Source: Chrysomallon squamiferum
Lineage: Eukaryota > Animalia > Mollusca
NCBI GenBank assembly: GCA_012295275.1
Contig: CM022673.1
Span: 24,304,001-24,368,000, forward strand
Reading direction: 5' to 3'
DNA: 64,000 nt
Shown: in pieces, positions 16,782 to 29,965 of the stretch
Layout of the letters: the number at the start of each line of letters is the position of its first letter
Position numbering within the stretch: position 1 is the stretch's first letter
The notes under the pieces: generated by a model
What the model saw: only the letters and a program-made list of their open reading frames with translations
Databases searched by the model: none
What the model was told of the DNA's origin: nothing
Translations under genes and position numbers: made by a program

Positions 16782-17703
16782 GTGAATACTGTGTAGAGGA
16801 AATGTTCCGCATTTAATCCTATTCAGTTTAAAACCGTTTCGTTCTAGTGTATGGCTATAACAGCTTTTCTTTAAAACGACCTGTATTGCTAGATAAGTAC
16901 AAGCATTAATCACTGATAAGTTATTTATATTTTTATATAAACAAGAGCGATGAGACTGAACGTTTTTCACTCTGGAAGTTTTAACTGATTGTAATTAAAA
17001 TGTTACAATTAACACTTCGACAAATCTTCTGTCTTAAACATAATTATTCACATTCAACATCAAACACCAGATTAAGCTGTTAACCTTTTAAAAAAATACA
17101 TAACTGAAAATCTAGTACATGTTTCTGATATCTCTGTTATATTCTGTTTCGTTATAAAGCTGAACTTTAGACGTAAAATCTAAAGGGATAAACTATTTGG
17201 AGGGAGGTTAATGTAACAGCTCAAGGAAGTAAAATTTGCCGATGTTTTTCACCCACGCTCTACGCCGGCTTAGATGCAGTGAAACTGCAAAGGTGTCATT
17301 TGCAGAACATGTGTTTTGGGTGTTTCCTTTCTCCGTCTGGTAGTAATTTCTGCAGAGGATACAAAAATAACAAATGATAAGTTAAAACAGCCGTATCTTT
17401 TGATCTTGTTTCTAACTGACGAAAATGTCTGTCAACACATTCAGTTTTGTTTGTGCCATTAAAGTTTTTTTAAAACCCTCGATGTATCGAGTGTACGTGA
17501 TTTGTTTGTGAGGTAAAGTCGACACTGTTCGCATCTGTGGGCAGTTAAAATTTAGTTCAAAACGCCGCACTCAGATAGCAGTGATCAATTCAAAACGAAA
17601 GAAAAATACGTTCATTTTCAGTTGTAAATCTATTTTTAATTTATTTATAGTCTGGGAGCTGAAATCTTTAGAAATAAGTCCACATCATTAGAAATACATT
17701 TTG

Positions 17704-17706
17704 AAA

Positions 17707-17777
<71 letters not shown>

Positions 17778-17863
17778 ACAAATAAATAAACAAATAAACA
17801 AACAAATAAATAAATAAATAAATAAACAAATAAATAAATAAATAAACAAATAAATAAATAAAT
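17704..17863. repeat. (AAAT)n/(AAAC)n microsatellite
   Basis: Visible directly; it accounts for the spurious FIYL-repeat ORFs. Confidence 0.95.
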
Positions 17864-18247
17864 AAAAAAACTCTTCAAACCAGCTTAACGTAATAGTCAA
17901 GCATTTTATTCAAAGTTATACTTAGCGACACATCTTACCTGTTACTAAAAGTTTACGGTAATCACACAAAGGTAGAGGAGAGAGAGAAAAAAACACACAA
18001 AAAAACCCCGAAATACTGTAGGGACACGCCTGTCTCTGTTAATTCGTATTCATTAAAGCGATTCTTTCGTCAATTGGTGTCATGCATGGATGATCTCTTA
18101 CGCTACGCCTCTTTTCACTCTTTAAAAAAAAAAAAAAGCCCATTACAGACATCTTTTTGAAAAATAATAGTCACGTCGCTTTCTAGAATCGGTTTAATAA
18201 TGTTCGACCTGTCGCGATGTAAGATGAAGATTTAAACAGAAGAGCAA

Positions 18248-18325
18248 CTTTCCCAGGTTTTGTGTTGAAGTTGAAGTCAGACTTTCCCAGGTTTTGTGTT
18301 GAAGTTGAAGTCAGACTTTCTCAGG
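18248..18325. repeat. 34-bp tandem duplication
   Basis: CTTTCCCAGGTTTTGTGTTGAAGTTGAAGTCAGA twice, plus a partial third copy. Confidence 0.9.
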
Positions 18326-18398
18326 CTGTTGTCAGTACGTGACTGTGTGTGTTTTGTAAGACTGGGGTTTGTGAAGTTTAATGACAAAGTTTGTGAAG

Positions 18399-18454
<56 letters not shown>

Positions 18455-18904
18455 GAGAAAGAAAAAGAAGAAAAAAAAAAAAGAAAGAAAAGATGAAAGA
18501 TAAAGAAAAAAGAAAGTAAAATTTTTTTATATATATCAGTTGATTTGTTTTGGTATTTTCAAAATGATAATAAAAATTAATTTATATAGTATACTTTTTA
18601 CAAAACAAACAAACACACACACACACAGAGCGACACACACACACATAGCGACATACACACAGTAAGAAAAGAGAGTCATACAAAACGAATACAACATATT
18701 ATATACATGAATGCATACATACATACATACATACATACATACACGAATACATACATACATGAATACATGAATAACGACAGAATTAATTATGATCACCACC
18801 ACAACCAGTTAATGAATTTGATCATCTTACAAATGTAAAATCAGTCTGCATTTACCAACTATTTTTATTTTATTTTTTAGTTTAATAAATCTGATAATGT
18901 CTTC

Positions 18905-19011
<107 letters not shown>

Positions 19012-19923
19012 TTAGAAGCATTAGTAGTTTCATGCTTCAAATAATAACAAAAGCAGACATTAACTAAAAATATTCAAGTGTGTGCTCAAGTGAAGTGAAA
19101 ATTTAATCGGTTTGAAAGCCTCAAAAGTTCGTGTCTTTTTAACAAGAGAGGATGAATTGAAACTTCTCGTTTTGTTTCTGGTCGCTGGAGTGAAGAGGTT
19201 TCCAGAAAAGAGAGCGACTGTTTTCAGCGCGAACAAAAAGGTTTATCACTTGGAGTAAACGAAAATGGCTAGTAACAGTGTTTCGTACTGGCGGCATTGT
19301 CTGTCGCTGTAAAAAAATGTCAAGACAAAGACAATGAATGTATCGAGCCAGCGACTGTCCATTCCCAGAACGGAGAATAAAACACAACAATTGAGATAAT
19401 GACGTTTTGAAAAGTTGACATCTTGTCACCGGACCTACCACAGCTGTTTTTATTTTATTTCTACACGCGTTTTTCTTTTCTTTTTTCTTTTTTTTTTTTA
19501 TTCTCCCTTTTCTTTGCTTTGTAATACTGATTTTCTTTTCTGTCAATTTTTATTTTATTTTATTTATTTTTTTTTTTGTTAAGATACCGTGGCATGTTAA
19601 AGACATTAAAATAAATAAATTATGTCCTTTGACAGAAAAAAATTCTTTTATTCCAGTAAATCAGCTTTAAGTCAGCGGTCAGCGTCAAATTTATTAATTT
19701 GTGTTCAACTGTAAAATTATTTTATGGAAACTTTTATGAGGACAAACAACAAACGGTTAAGTTTTACAGTTTAACGTCAGGTTCTTTAGTTTGGAATGTT
19801 CTACGTTAATTTAATGGCATTCCTTTTGTTTTCTGTAGTATTTCTGTGTGTCGAGGTCGATAAAACAAGATAGTTCAGAAAATAATAATAATAATAAAGT
19901 AATAATAATAATAATAACAACAA

Positions 19924-20401
19924 CAGTGGAACCTCGGGTTACGAACGCCTCGAAGCACTAACAAATCGGATTACGAACTGTCATCTTGGGCAATTTCTGT
20001 CTCGATTTACGAATAATGTCCCGAGTTACGAACTAAAGCAACGCGACATGACAAGCTTTCTTTTGACGTCTGTTGTGACGTCAACATCTAGTAACCATAA
20101 GAATAGATGCTTACGTCAAAACCGAGGTCAAAGTAAGGATTACAGGCATATATATCGTGAATTAGGGACTTTAGTTTTCGATATGCAGTTGCAGCTCAAT
20201 AGCTTTTGCAATGAGATTGTGCGCTCGCATTTTTTAAAGTGTTGCTGCTTTTATGTGTATATTTTTTTATTGTACCTTATCCACAGAAAAAAAAAAAGTG
20301 AAAGCAATAGTGCTGGTGGAAAGTATAAGCGTATCACAGTAGAGGTTAAGAAAGAAATAATTGCAAAACATGAGAGTGGCGTTCGTGTGTCTGACATTGC
20401 T
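19924..20401 (+). mobile_element. Tigger/pogo transposon 5' fragment
   Basis: Terminus CAGTGGAACCTCGGGTTACGAAC with TTACGAA repeated subterminally, followed by a CENP-B/HTH-psq-like transposase N-terminus KKKSESNSAGGKYKRITVEVKKEIIAKHESGVRVSDIA; truncated, no right end seen. Confidence 0.8.
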
Positions 20402-20452
20402 TCGGTTCATTGCTTCAGTTAGGTTTATGAATCGAGTTCTGGAATGAATTAA

Positions 20453-20497
<45 letters not shown>

Positions 20498-21337
20498 TAA
20501 GTAATGATGATGATGATGATATTAATAATAATAAAGAAAATATGTTACTGTTAATACAGTCGTGACGAATGTTATTAATAATTTGCTGCTTATTAAAAGG
20601 TGACCGAATGTCGCTCAGCATTGTGATGTCATAAATGACTGGGCAAACAAAAACTAGTTCTTTATCTGAAAGCTTATAACACAGCAATAACACTCACTCA
20701 AACACTCGCCTGGTTTGTTACAAACCTGAAAGTTGTTGTCTCATAACAACCGCAGAAACAAAAGATAATGATTATTAATATAGCAGAGATAACGGTCACG
20801 ACATTATGACGTCATATACGCTTGGAAACCGTAAGTAATTCTTGTGTTAGGATTTTCGTTTTCAGCTGTTTCGGAGAAAATGGTATATAACAGATTATCT
20901 TTTAATGGCTGATCACCGATGAAGAAAACTTAGTGTTTTATTAGGAGCTGATAGGAGAGGACATTTTTAAGATGATGGACGGAGCCAACTGCAGGTTTTC
21001 TTCTTCTCACGCTTCGCGTATAGCCAAAGCAGATTTGGGTGTTTAATTACAGAGTTATCTTGTTTACCACATAACAGCAACACTTCACTCGTGGTCACTC
21101 GCAGTCAGGCAGGCTGGAAGCAGAGCTGACTACAGCTGTTGTGTCATTTAAGACTCTTTTTATTTTTTTTTTTTTTTTAAATTTTTTTAATTTTTTTATT
21201 TTATTTTTTTTTTTTTTTTTTTTTTTTTTTTCGTCTTTCTGGAATGTATGTAGGTCTTATATTTATAACGCTTTTTTTTAAATTTTATATATTCTTAATT
21301 CTATTTATTTATTTATTATTATTAATATTGCTATTAC

Positions 21338-21629
21338 CAGGGCCTCCGAGAGAAATTTTGCAAGGGGGTACAAGGCCCCTTTGGGGCCCGGTGGCAGGCA
21401 AATATTTTTCTTATACATTTATACACCTAGGCCTACCTAATTAATAATAAGTACTAAAAAAAAAAGTAATTTGTATGATATTGATAAGTATAGTGATGTG
21501 TGTATGTAAGGGAGGTAGAAAGTGCTTGTTCTTGGAAGGGGGGAGAGATGTTTTATGGTTGCTATGGGACCTGTATAGCTGTTGGGCCCTAGAACAAAGT
21601 ACCGGCTGGAACCCCTCTCACATTCCCTG
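21338..21629. mobile_element. Degenerate hAT-like MITE
   Basis: Ends CAGGGCCTCCGAGAG ... CTCTCACATTCCCTG (10/15 inverted match); GC-rich subtermini with GGGCCC; 8-bp flanks GCTATTAC / ATTATTAC (6/8) resemble a hAT TSD. Confidence 0.55.
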
Positions 21630-22478
21630 ATTATTACTATTACTATACTGATTATTACTATTCCTATACTGGTGTAGTAGTAGGAGAAAGAGATGTTGCG
21701 ATAGTTGCAATAATAGATGCGTCTGAAGTTGTGCCAGTAGTAATAATAATAGACGTAGTAGTAGTAGTAACAGCAGCAGCAGCAGTAGTAGAGGTGGTAG
21801 TAGTAGCAATACTAGTAGTTATCGTTCACACTGCTACAGAAGCAATATTTCGAAAAATCCGTTTATTTTGAATTATTTATTTTGATTTTACTTATTTATT
21901 CAGTTATTATTTATTTATTTGTTTATTTGTTTGTTTGTTTGTTTGTTTTTCTATTTATTTGAAGAAAAAGGTCTTAAACTGATATTTATCAACTTAATGT
22001 TGTAAAATCCCTGGTATTTATTGAAATCGCTGTAAGGTGATTTTATCAGCATAAAAACATGGGATACTTTGTAGTAAAAAATAGTTAATAATGATCTTCG
22101 TTATTATTTTTTCTGTTTCAGTCTGCTGATAATTCTTTTTTTTCCAGTTTACTTAATTTTGTGTAATTGGATATTTTGATCGTCTTTTTTTGTTTTTTTT
22201 AGTTCGGTTACGGTTGGGGCGACTCAGTCTTGTTGGAATTTTTGTAAAAAGCATTTTATTGGAAATCTGCGTATAAGTGTGGTTCACTAACAAGTGTTTT
22301 ATCTTACAACCACAAAAACGCGAGTTCAGCTCGCTTTTAAAATGCAACAGACCAGCTACAATAAACTGAAATATGGCGTCATAATTTTAATTTTAAATGA
22401 ATAAATAATGAATAAATAAAAAATAATTATAATTTCGGTTGCCAATTATATATATTTTTTATTTTTCATCAGCAGTGA

Positions 22479-22521
<43 letters not shown>

Positions 22522-22605
22522 AATAAATAAATAAATAATAATACAAATAAACAAGACTTGTGTTAAAAATGTAAACAAAACACTGGTGTATTTGATACCA
22601 TACCC

Positions 22606-22611
22606 TTTATT
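22606..22611 (-). terminator. Candidate distal polyadenylation signal of the SLC6 gene
   Basis: AATAAA on the - strand with TGTA upstream and a GT/T-rich tract downstream, located where CpG density recovers. Many other AATAAA hexamers lie closer to the stop codon. Confidence 0.3.
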
Positions 22612-22707
22612 CAATAATGTACAGGATAAAGTGCACTTGTGTTTCACTCAACAAGAAAATAATAAAACCTAGAAACGCATCAATCCTGAGTAAAATACAC
22701 TCATCAG

Positions 22708-22738
<31 letters not shown>

Positions 22739-25354
22739 CATACACGTACATTAAAACATACAGCTTAGAGTGGGGAGAAGACAAAGATGATTCCATCTTA
22801 CAGCTCTTACAGTTAAGCTGTTCTGATTAATGGTTCTAGAAAGTATAGCTGTAAGCAAACCTGGGTACAGAATACAGGAATCACTGTACACAATGTACAG
22901 CAAGCAGAGTGAAAATCTGAGCTATGAGCTAAACTGCATTAAAATATATCTTGATTAAGTAAATGTTTAATATGTTATAATACAGCTGTAAATTTTGTAT
23001 ATACAGTGTGTGTGTGTGTGTGTGTGTGTGCTCGCATGCATGCAGTGTTTTGATGTGAATTGTATACTTCAAATTTATCTTATACAGAAATTTATGGAAG
23101 TGAAAAGAATTGTGATAAATCTCTAAATTATGTTATTCTTTAAATAGCTTATCTACATTTTTAGCTGTACATGTAGAAAGATGATGATTTACAATTTTGT
23201 CTTTCAAAAAGGTTCACTGAAGCACTAAGAAGTTTTGTTTGACAAATAACTTTCCAAAACAACAAACTGAGGATAAAAAAAAAAAAAAAAAAAAAAAAAA
23301 ATGTACTTAGCACTCTGGAGTATATTAATTTCTTCAGTGAGTCAAAGTTTTATATAAACTTTGTTAAAAATTAACCAAATTAACAAAAAAAAATATATTA
23401 AAACGTATAAACTCATGATTTGATGGTAGTAAAAGACTTCTGTTTTATCTCTCTCTTAAGGCACAAAAATAAAATGTTATGCATTGGTTTACATATTCAA
23501 ATAAGAAAAATAAATTTACTCCAAGCACAGTTAGTAACAGAGAACTGAAGTATAATATTTAGCTTGGTTCTTTCATTGTTACTGTCTAAAACGTAACAAT
23601 AAACACACGATAATTCACATTTTTAAAATGATTACCTCAAGTTGTAACATATTCACTTTTATCTGAAAATGTATGTATCAGTTTAACCCTTTAACATCTG
23701 GATATATTTAAAATTTAATTTAACAAGAAAGAAAAAAAAAGGAGAATTGAAACTACTACAAAATAAAACAAAACACAATAATTAATCTTTGGGCAGTGTT
23801 TAAAAAACCCGAAGGGAATCATCCTTGTTAATTAATGCCTTTTTTAAATTTATTTAAATGCATTAGCTGTGAATTTAAACAGTTTGCACATTTTAAATAA
23901 TACTGTTAAATACTGGCATTTAAAATACTGGTAACATTATGTCTTTGTATGGCATTCTGAAATAATTATACTTAAAATATATATATATATGGTATATATA
24001 TATATATAAAAAGATGAAAGAAACATTTTTGTTTAAAAAAAAAAAAAAAAGCTTTCCTATTCTTTGTCCAGTATACGAATGTGTTTCGACAGTGAACATA
24101 AACTTACTACATTAAACTGAAACTTTCTCACATACTACCAAAATGAACACAAAGAAACAACAAGTTAGTTAGTTGTACAGCGAAATCTTCTAAAGTGAAA
24201 TTTCTACTACTTGTTAACAAACTGCAGCTAACCTTGATTATAATTTAAAAAAACACTTCGATGTCACTCATTTACAACCAGTCACAAGCAAAGTTTCATA
24301 AGCAAACACAATACGTCACAATACTAACACATCAGAATTATTTACATCAAAACCCTTCACACTTTGTTTTTAGTTTACATTTTAAGTACAAAAAAAAAAA
24401 AAAAAAAAATTATGAATGGCTATATTATAGAGAAAGCTATATACACAGTTATATAAATACAATGTCTATAAGGTACTCCGTATTGTTTCACAGCAAATCG
24501 TGTCAAATTAACATCAACAATAAAATCAAATGTGATTATTTAAAAAATAATAATAATAATAGTAATTGCATATTGTAACACTGGTAAGATTTGGGATGTA
24601 AATGAAAGGAATAGTTGATTTAACTTTTATTTTATGTAATTTTTTTTTATTTAAAAAAAGTAATTTGACGGCCATGAATATGTTTTATGTGATAAGAGAA
24701 CCAGTCTCATATGTACATTCTGACTACCAGTCTACGACAGTTATAACATTTAAAAACTAAAAAATATTAGTTTCGTGTAAATTTTATAAAATATTTTATC
24801 TCAAATATACTTGACTGTATACCATTGCACAACTATCTGAATACAGTTTTTTTTTTTTTTTTTTTTATTAATAATTATTAATTAATCAGTTAATTAATTA
24901 TCAATACATTTTAATTTTATTGTCTATTTTTAATTTTTGTTCATTTTCATGATTTTGTTAACATCTTGGTTTCATTGGTTTTGTTTTCCTAGGATAAAAA
25001 TCATTGAATTATTCAATTTTATGATTATTACATTAAAAGTAAACATCAAGTGCTAAAATAAATTTATTTAAAACAGATTTGTAAAATGTAAAAATGAAAA
25101 CAACATAGCATAACATACACAGGTTTCATAACTTTGTGTCTTTTATAAATAAAAAATTTGTATAGTAAAATTAAATAATTGCTCATTTATATATAATACT
25201 GACAAAATAGCAATAAAAATATATGTAACACAAACTGAACAAAAATAGCATTCAGCTGAATTAACATAAGAGAATGGTTTGTTAATTTTTATGATAATAT
25301 ATATATATATCTCTATATATACCCCAAAACCAACAGAGTATATTTTACAACAAT

Positions 25355-25518
25355 TAATAGAAAACAGAAATCAAAATATATCATTTTATGTGAGGTCTTT
25401 AAAATTATGACTGACCAACAATGTAAAAATTATTCTTTGTTTAATTTAAATATAAATATACCATTTTAAAGATTTGCATATATTTCTAGCAGTATTATTA
25501 CAAGATTTTTATTGTATT

Positions 25519-25572
<54 letters not shown>

Positions 25573-26460
25573 TTGATTTTATATATTTCAATATTATGAT
25601 CCTTTCTCTGTCTTTCTTTTTTCTTTTTTTTAATTTTTTTTTTTTTATTATTATTATTTTTTTACCTCAGATGTTTCTGGTTATTCAGTTAAATGTAATA
25701 AAACAGGACAATATTAAAATCCATATCATTGGCATAAAAATACAAAAAAAAAAAAAAATTGTTTAAACTTCTCTGCCAAAAAAAAGGCTAATTTATAAAA
25801 TAAATAATGAAAACATTTTTGCTGCATGTATAAATAAAACTATATATGTATATTCAACATATATTCAAAAAATAGTCGGTTGCCAAGCGCTGAAAGCCTC
25901 GCCAAAAAAAAAATATTACAGTAGAATCTCATGTAGACCTTCATGGCACTTAAAATAAAAAAAGACAATTAATAACAACTACAATAATAATAATTAGTAG
26001 AAAACAGAAATAAAAATATATAAAATTTCATGAGGTCTTTAAAATTATGATTGACCATCAATGTAAAATTATTCTTTTTTAATTTAAATATAAATATACC
26101 ATTTTATAGATTTGCATATATTCCTAGCAGTATTATTACAAGATTTAAAAAAAAATGATGAACTTTTACAATGTAGAAAAAGTTCAATGCATTTGTTTAA
26201 ATTATTTCATTTTATTATTATTATTATTTTTATTGTTTTTTAAATTTTAAGTTTTGTTGTTTAAGATGTTTCCTTTTATTCTGACAAATATAATAAACAG
26301 GAAAATATTTTTAAAAATCTTAAATATACAAACTGTTGAAACAATAAACTTTTTTACTTAAATGAATACAGTCCATAAAAATATTAAAAAAATAATAATT
26401 GTTACTTCATGTATAAATAAAAGTATATGCATATTTAAAATAGATGAAAAAATAATAGCA
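25355..26460. repeat. Diverged tandem duplication with a period of about 0.6 kb
   Basis: 25358-25508 closely matches 25998-26146 (TAGAAAACAGAAAT...GAGGTCTTTAAAATTATGA...AGCAGTATTATTACAAGATTT); weaker colinear matches continue to CATGTATAAATAAAA at 25826 and 26408. Confidence 0.85.
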
Positions 26461-26857
26461 AAAAAACAAATCTCACTTAAATTTTTAAAGAAGTCAATAA
26501 ATTAATAGTAATTAACAACAATAATAATAATAAAAAAATAATAATTATGCAAAAACAAAAACAAAAATTGAAATGAGATTCATTAAGACAACAAGTAAAC
26601 AAGATATGCATAATTTTACACGACAACGTCAACAAAGATACAGTAATAAAGTACATCATAAATTATGCAAGGAAAACACTTGATAGGTTGTGAAATAATA
26701 ACAAGACACAGACTATCAAAGCAGACAGTGGAAACATCATGAAGAGGATTTTTCAACAAGCTGGACACAATTCCTGCACACCCAATGTGTACTTTGATAA
26801 ACACAACAATCAGATGGTTAACACAGATCAAAGCTGCCACAAATTTAACAAAACAAT

Positions 26858-26935
26858 TTCTATTGGCTGTAGGACTATGTACAATTCATTCCTATTGGCT
26901 GTAGGATTATGTACAATTCATTTCTACTGGCTGTG
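26858..26935. repeat. 32-bp tandem repeat, about 2.5 copies
   Basis: Unit CTATTGGCTGTAGGA(C/T)TATGTACAATTCATT(C/T). Confidence 0.85.
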
Positions 26936-29674
26936 ATAATTGGTTGCCAAGCAAGAGGTCACATGGCCTGTACTATTTTAAATATAACAAAATACAATGT
27001 CATGCAAATCTGTCAGGATGTTATCTCATTATGACAGTTTTAGGTTTTTCATTCAGAAAAGAAATTAAATTTTGGTAATAAAAACCAATAGTAATCATTT
27101 ATAGTTTATTTTTAGTTTATTTATTTATTTATTTTATATTCTATGGGGAAAATTCTATTTAAAAAAAAAAGAGAAGAAAACAAAAAGTAACTTTCTTTAT
27201 AACTCTTAAAACATTTGGTTGAAAATCATGTATTAAGGTTTTAATTGGCCCAAGTTCAAAACTCTGAATTATCATTATTTTTGTTCTCTCTAATTAAAAT
27301 AATAAAAGATAAGATTTGCAAATTCAGACGGAATTGCAGTTTGCACTACAGCAAAAAAAATCTAAAAAAAAATCATTAATTTTATAAATACATATATATA
27401 TAAACAAATTGATAAATAAATTATTTTTAAAACATTAATGGTTTCATGAACGTAAAAGTTATTTTTGTTGACTTCAACCTAACAAAATGAAAAAAAACCC
27501 ACAGATACAGTATAGTTATTGGTAAAGTCAGGCAGTTGAAGGTGCTCTAACAAAACAAGGCACTGATGGGAAGAAAAAAAAAGGAAAAGAAAGAAGAATG
27601 ACTTATACAAAGGCAGTAACCAGTTATCCATCGCAGCTGAGAACTAAAAAGTAAGTTTCTAGCAGTAAATTACTGATTAGGAATGTTTCCACCAGTGAAA
27701 ACAGCCAGTCCACAGCACAAAGCTAAATACAAGCAACAAGAAAACAACGACTATGCTATACCTATTTACAACATGTTTTAAAATAGCTGCCACGCGAATG
27801 TTTGGCCCCACCACATCAATAAATAACAATGGTCTTTGGTATACTCTGATCTGAGGTCTCAGTATCAGTAAATGCTGTTGCATCTGATCATTTTAGCCAG
27901 AATTGGGTGTTTTTAAATCATTGATACCAGTTCAACAGCCTAACAAGCTGAACTTTCTCTTACAAATTACTAGTGTAAATGTTTTTAAAGATGTATTGAT
28001 AATGTATTTTTTTTTTTTTTAATTATTATTATTATTATTACTACTTTCGTCTCCATTAAAAATGACTGAAATAATTCTAAAAGATGAGAGGGAGAAGAGG
28101 AATTCTGGCATGGACCTCTCACTCATCCCAGCATTACGAAAAGAAGATTTATCAAAGACAAATGTAACCAGCTTGGCCCACTGTCTTTTCAAAACCTTCA
28201 TATACAGAGAGAAGGGCTGTGACAACCGTTGCTGACCTGGTATGATTCAAAGTCAAACAGTTCAAGTGGCTGCTGCAGAATGCATTTCGTACTTGGGTTA
28301 ATAAATACATTATACCACAGACCATTTCAATAAACATACTTTGCCTACCTTAGACAGAATACACGTTTTTTTTTTGGCCAATACACAAATCACAAGTGTA
28401 ATAATGAATACATGTTCTGTGTTGTAATTTAGTAATTAATTTGCTGTGTTTTTGTTTTTGTGTTGTTATAATGATAAGGTAGCTAAGCTTCAGTTATTAC
28501 TTTTAAATAACAAATAACATAACAAAATGATTCAGCAATTTCTGTTAGGCTACATATATCTAAATATATATATAAAAAAAAAAAGAATTAAGGAAAAAAA
28601 AAACAAAGGGTGAAAGAGACTGGTTAAAATATGAATCCTGTGAATGTAATGAAATCTTGTTTCTTCACACAGTGGATGATGGATGACAAACTGTTGATGA
28701 TATGTAAAAATTTCACCGGTCCTTCTTCGTCAAACTCCAGACTTTACTGGGAAAACACAAAAGCACATAAGTGGCAAATCTTCTTCATCTTCTTCTGTTT
28801 TATCAGCAACCAAAACTGAACTGAAATCACACAACAAACTCCAAGAAGGCCATGATTTTGTTCGAAGGTTTTTAAAATCAAAACGTAGCTCCATCATGGA
28901 AGTATGATGTTGTCAAAGAAATTAGTTACTGGTTATAACCAAAAATAAATAAATAATAATAATAATAAAAAAATTTTAAAAATTGTAGAAAGAATTGCAT
29001 GTTAATTTAGATGTTAATCATCTTGAGAATACTGGTATCTGATTCAGCAATGATGAGTAAGGTGTATGACATCACAGTGAACTGTACCAGACCTAGAATG
29101 CTGAACCTGTGTGACACTGACACTTCTGTGTCTGTCTCAGAATCAACTGTCTTTTAATCATCTTGTTGTACGATTCTTCTGTTCACTTACGTTCAACCAT
29201 ATATATCTAACTGAACATGGTTTTATTCCAGGTTAAATATAAAAAAGAAATTTCTAGCTTTTCCTTTCCTTTCTTGAAAATTCAAAATACCTTCTTTTTT
29301 TCTTTTTTTGGCTAATGTAAGATACAAGTTAAGCATGTAAAAAAAAAAATTAACTGGTTTTATGATAAAATGACACTTGTTAGTTTTTGCTGATGATAAT
29401 AGCTTCAGCTGAAGATAATGTTGTTATTGTTGCTTTTTTTTTTTTTTTTTTTCACTTCACCTCCTGAAATGGTTTAAGTCTGACATCACCACAAAGAGAA
29501 AGCTTCTCAGTTGTGATTGTCTTCTTCACTTCACGTTGCAGAACACAACAGATATTTGTCTTCAAAACAATCCAAGAAGAGTTGTCTCCCTTTAGCCAAC
29601 AACAAATGGCTGTTGGCATTTACCTCCAGTTTTTGTGGAATAGATTTCTATCACACTCATGTAGTTCAAATATT

Positions 29675-29705
<31 letters not shown>

Positions 29706-29809
29706 TAAAAATAATAATTTTCACGTGCCAGATTTTGTTTATATTCTTAGTTACGACCTAATTAAAATTTTCTTTTTCTTTTCTACATATAAATACCTAA
29801 GCACTGGTT

Positions 29810-29965
29810 TCATATTTTTGTCTCAAAGGGACCGTTTGCATTGAATCCTGGGTTTGTTATGGTCCTTGCATCTATCTTTCCATTGTCCACGTCTGTGACA
29901 TCAAACTTGGGCACTTTGTGGGCAGGACCCCAGCTTGCACTTGGTTTCAGCATATACCGAATTCT
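29810..29965 (-). CDS. SLC6 terminal coding exon (C-terminal tail)
   Basis: cttctacag|[17 protein letters not shown]...[14 protein letters not shown]; WGP motif typical of SLC6 tails; TGA at 29812-29810. Confidence 0.92.
   Translation of the reverse strand, partial: RIRYMLKPSASWGPAHKVPKFDVTDVDNGKIDARTITNPGFNANGPFETKI

Noticed and set aside
26920-26975. Minus-strand TATCACAGCCAG matches the 5' 12 nt of miR-2 family microRNAs
   Set aside because: The match ends after 12 nt, no convincing precursor hairpin can be formed, and it derives from a variant of the local 32-bp repeat.
29780-29812. Stop-codon readthrough or selenocysteine at the TGA stops of either gene
   Set aside because: No TGA-CTAG-type context and no recognisable SECIS; further stops follow within a few codons, and readthrough would mask the PDZ motif.
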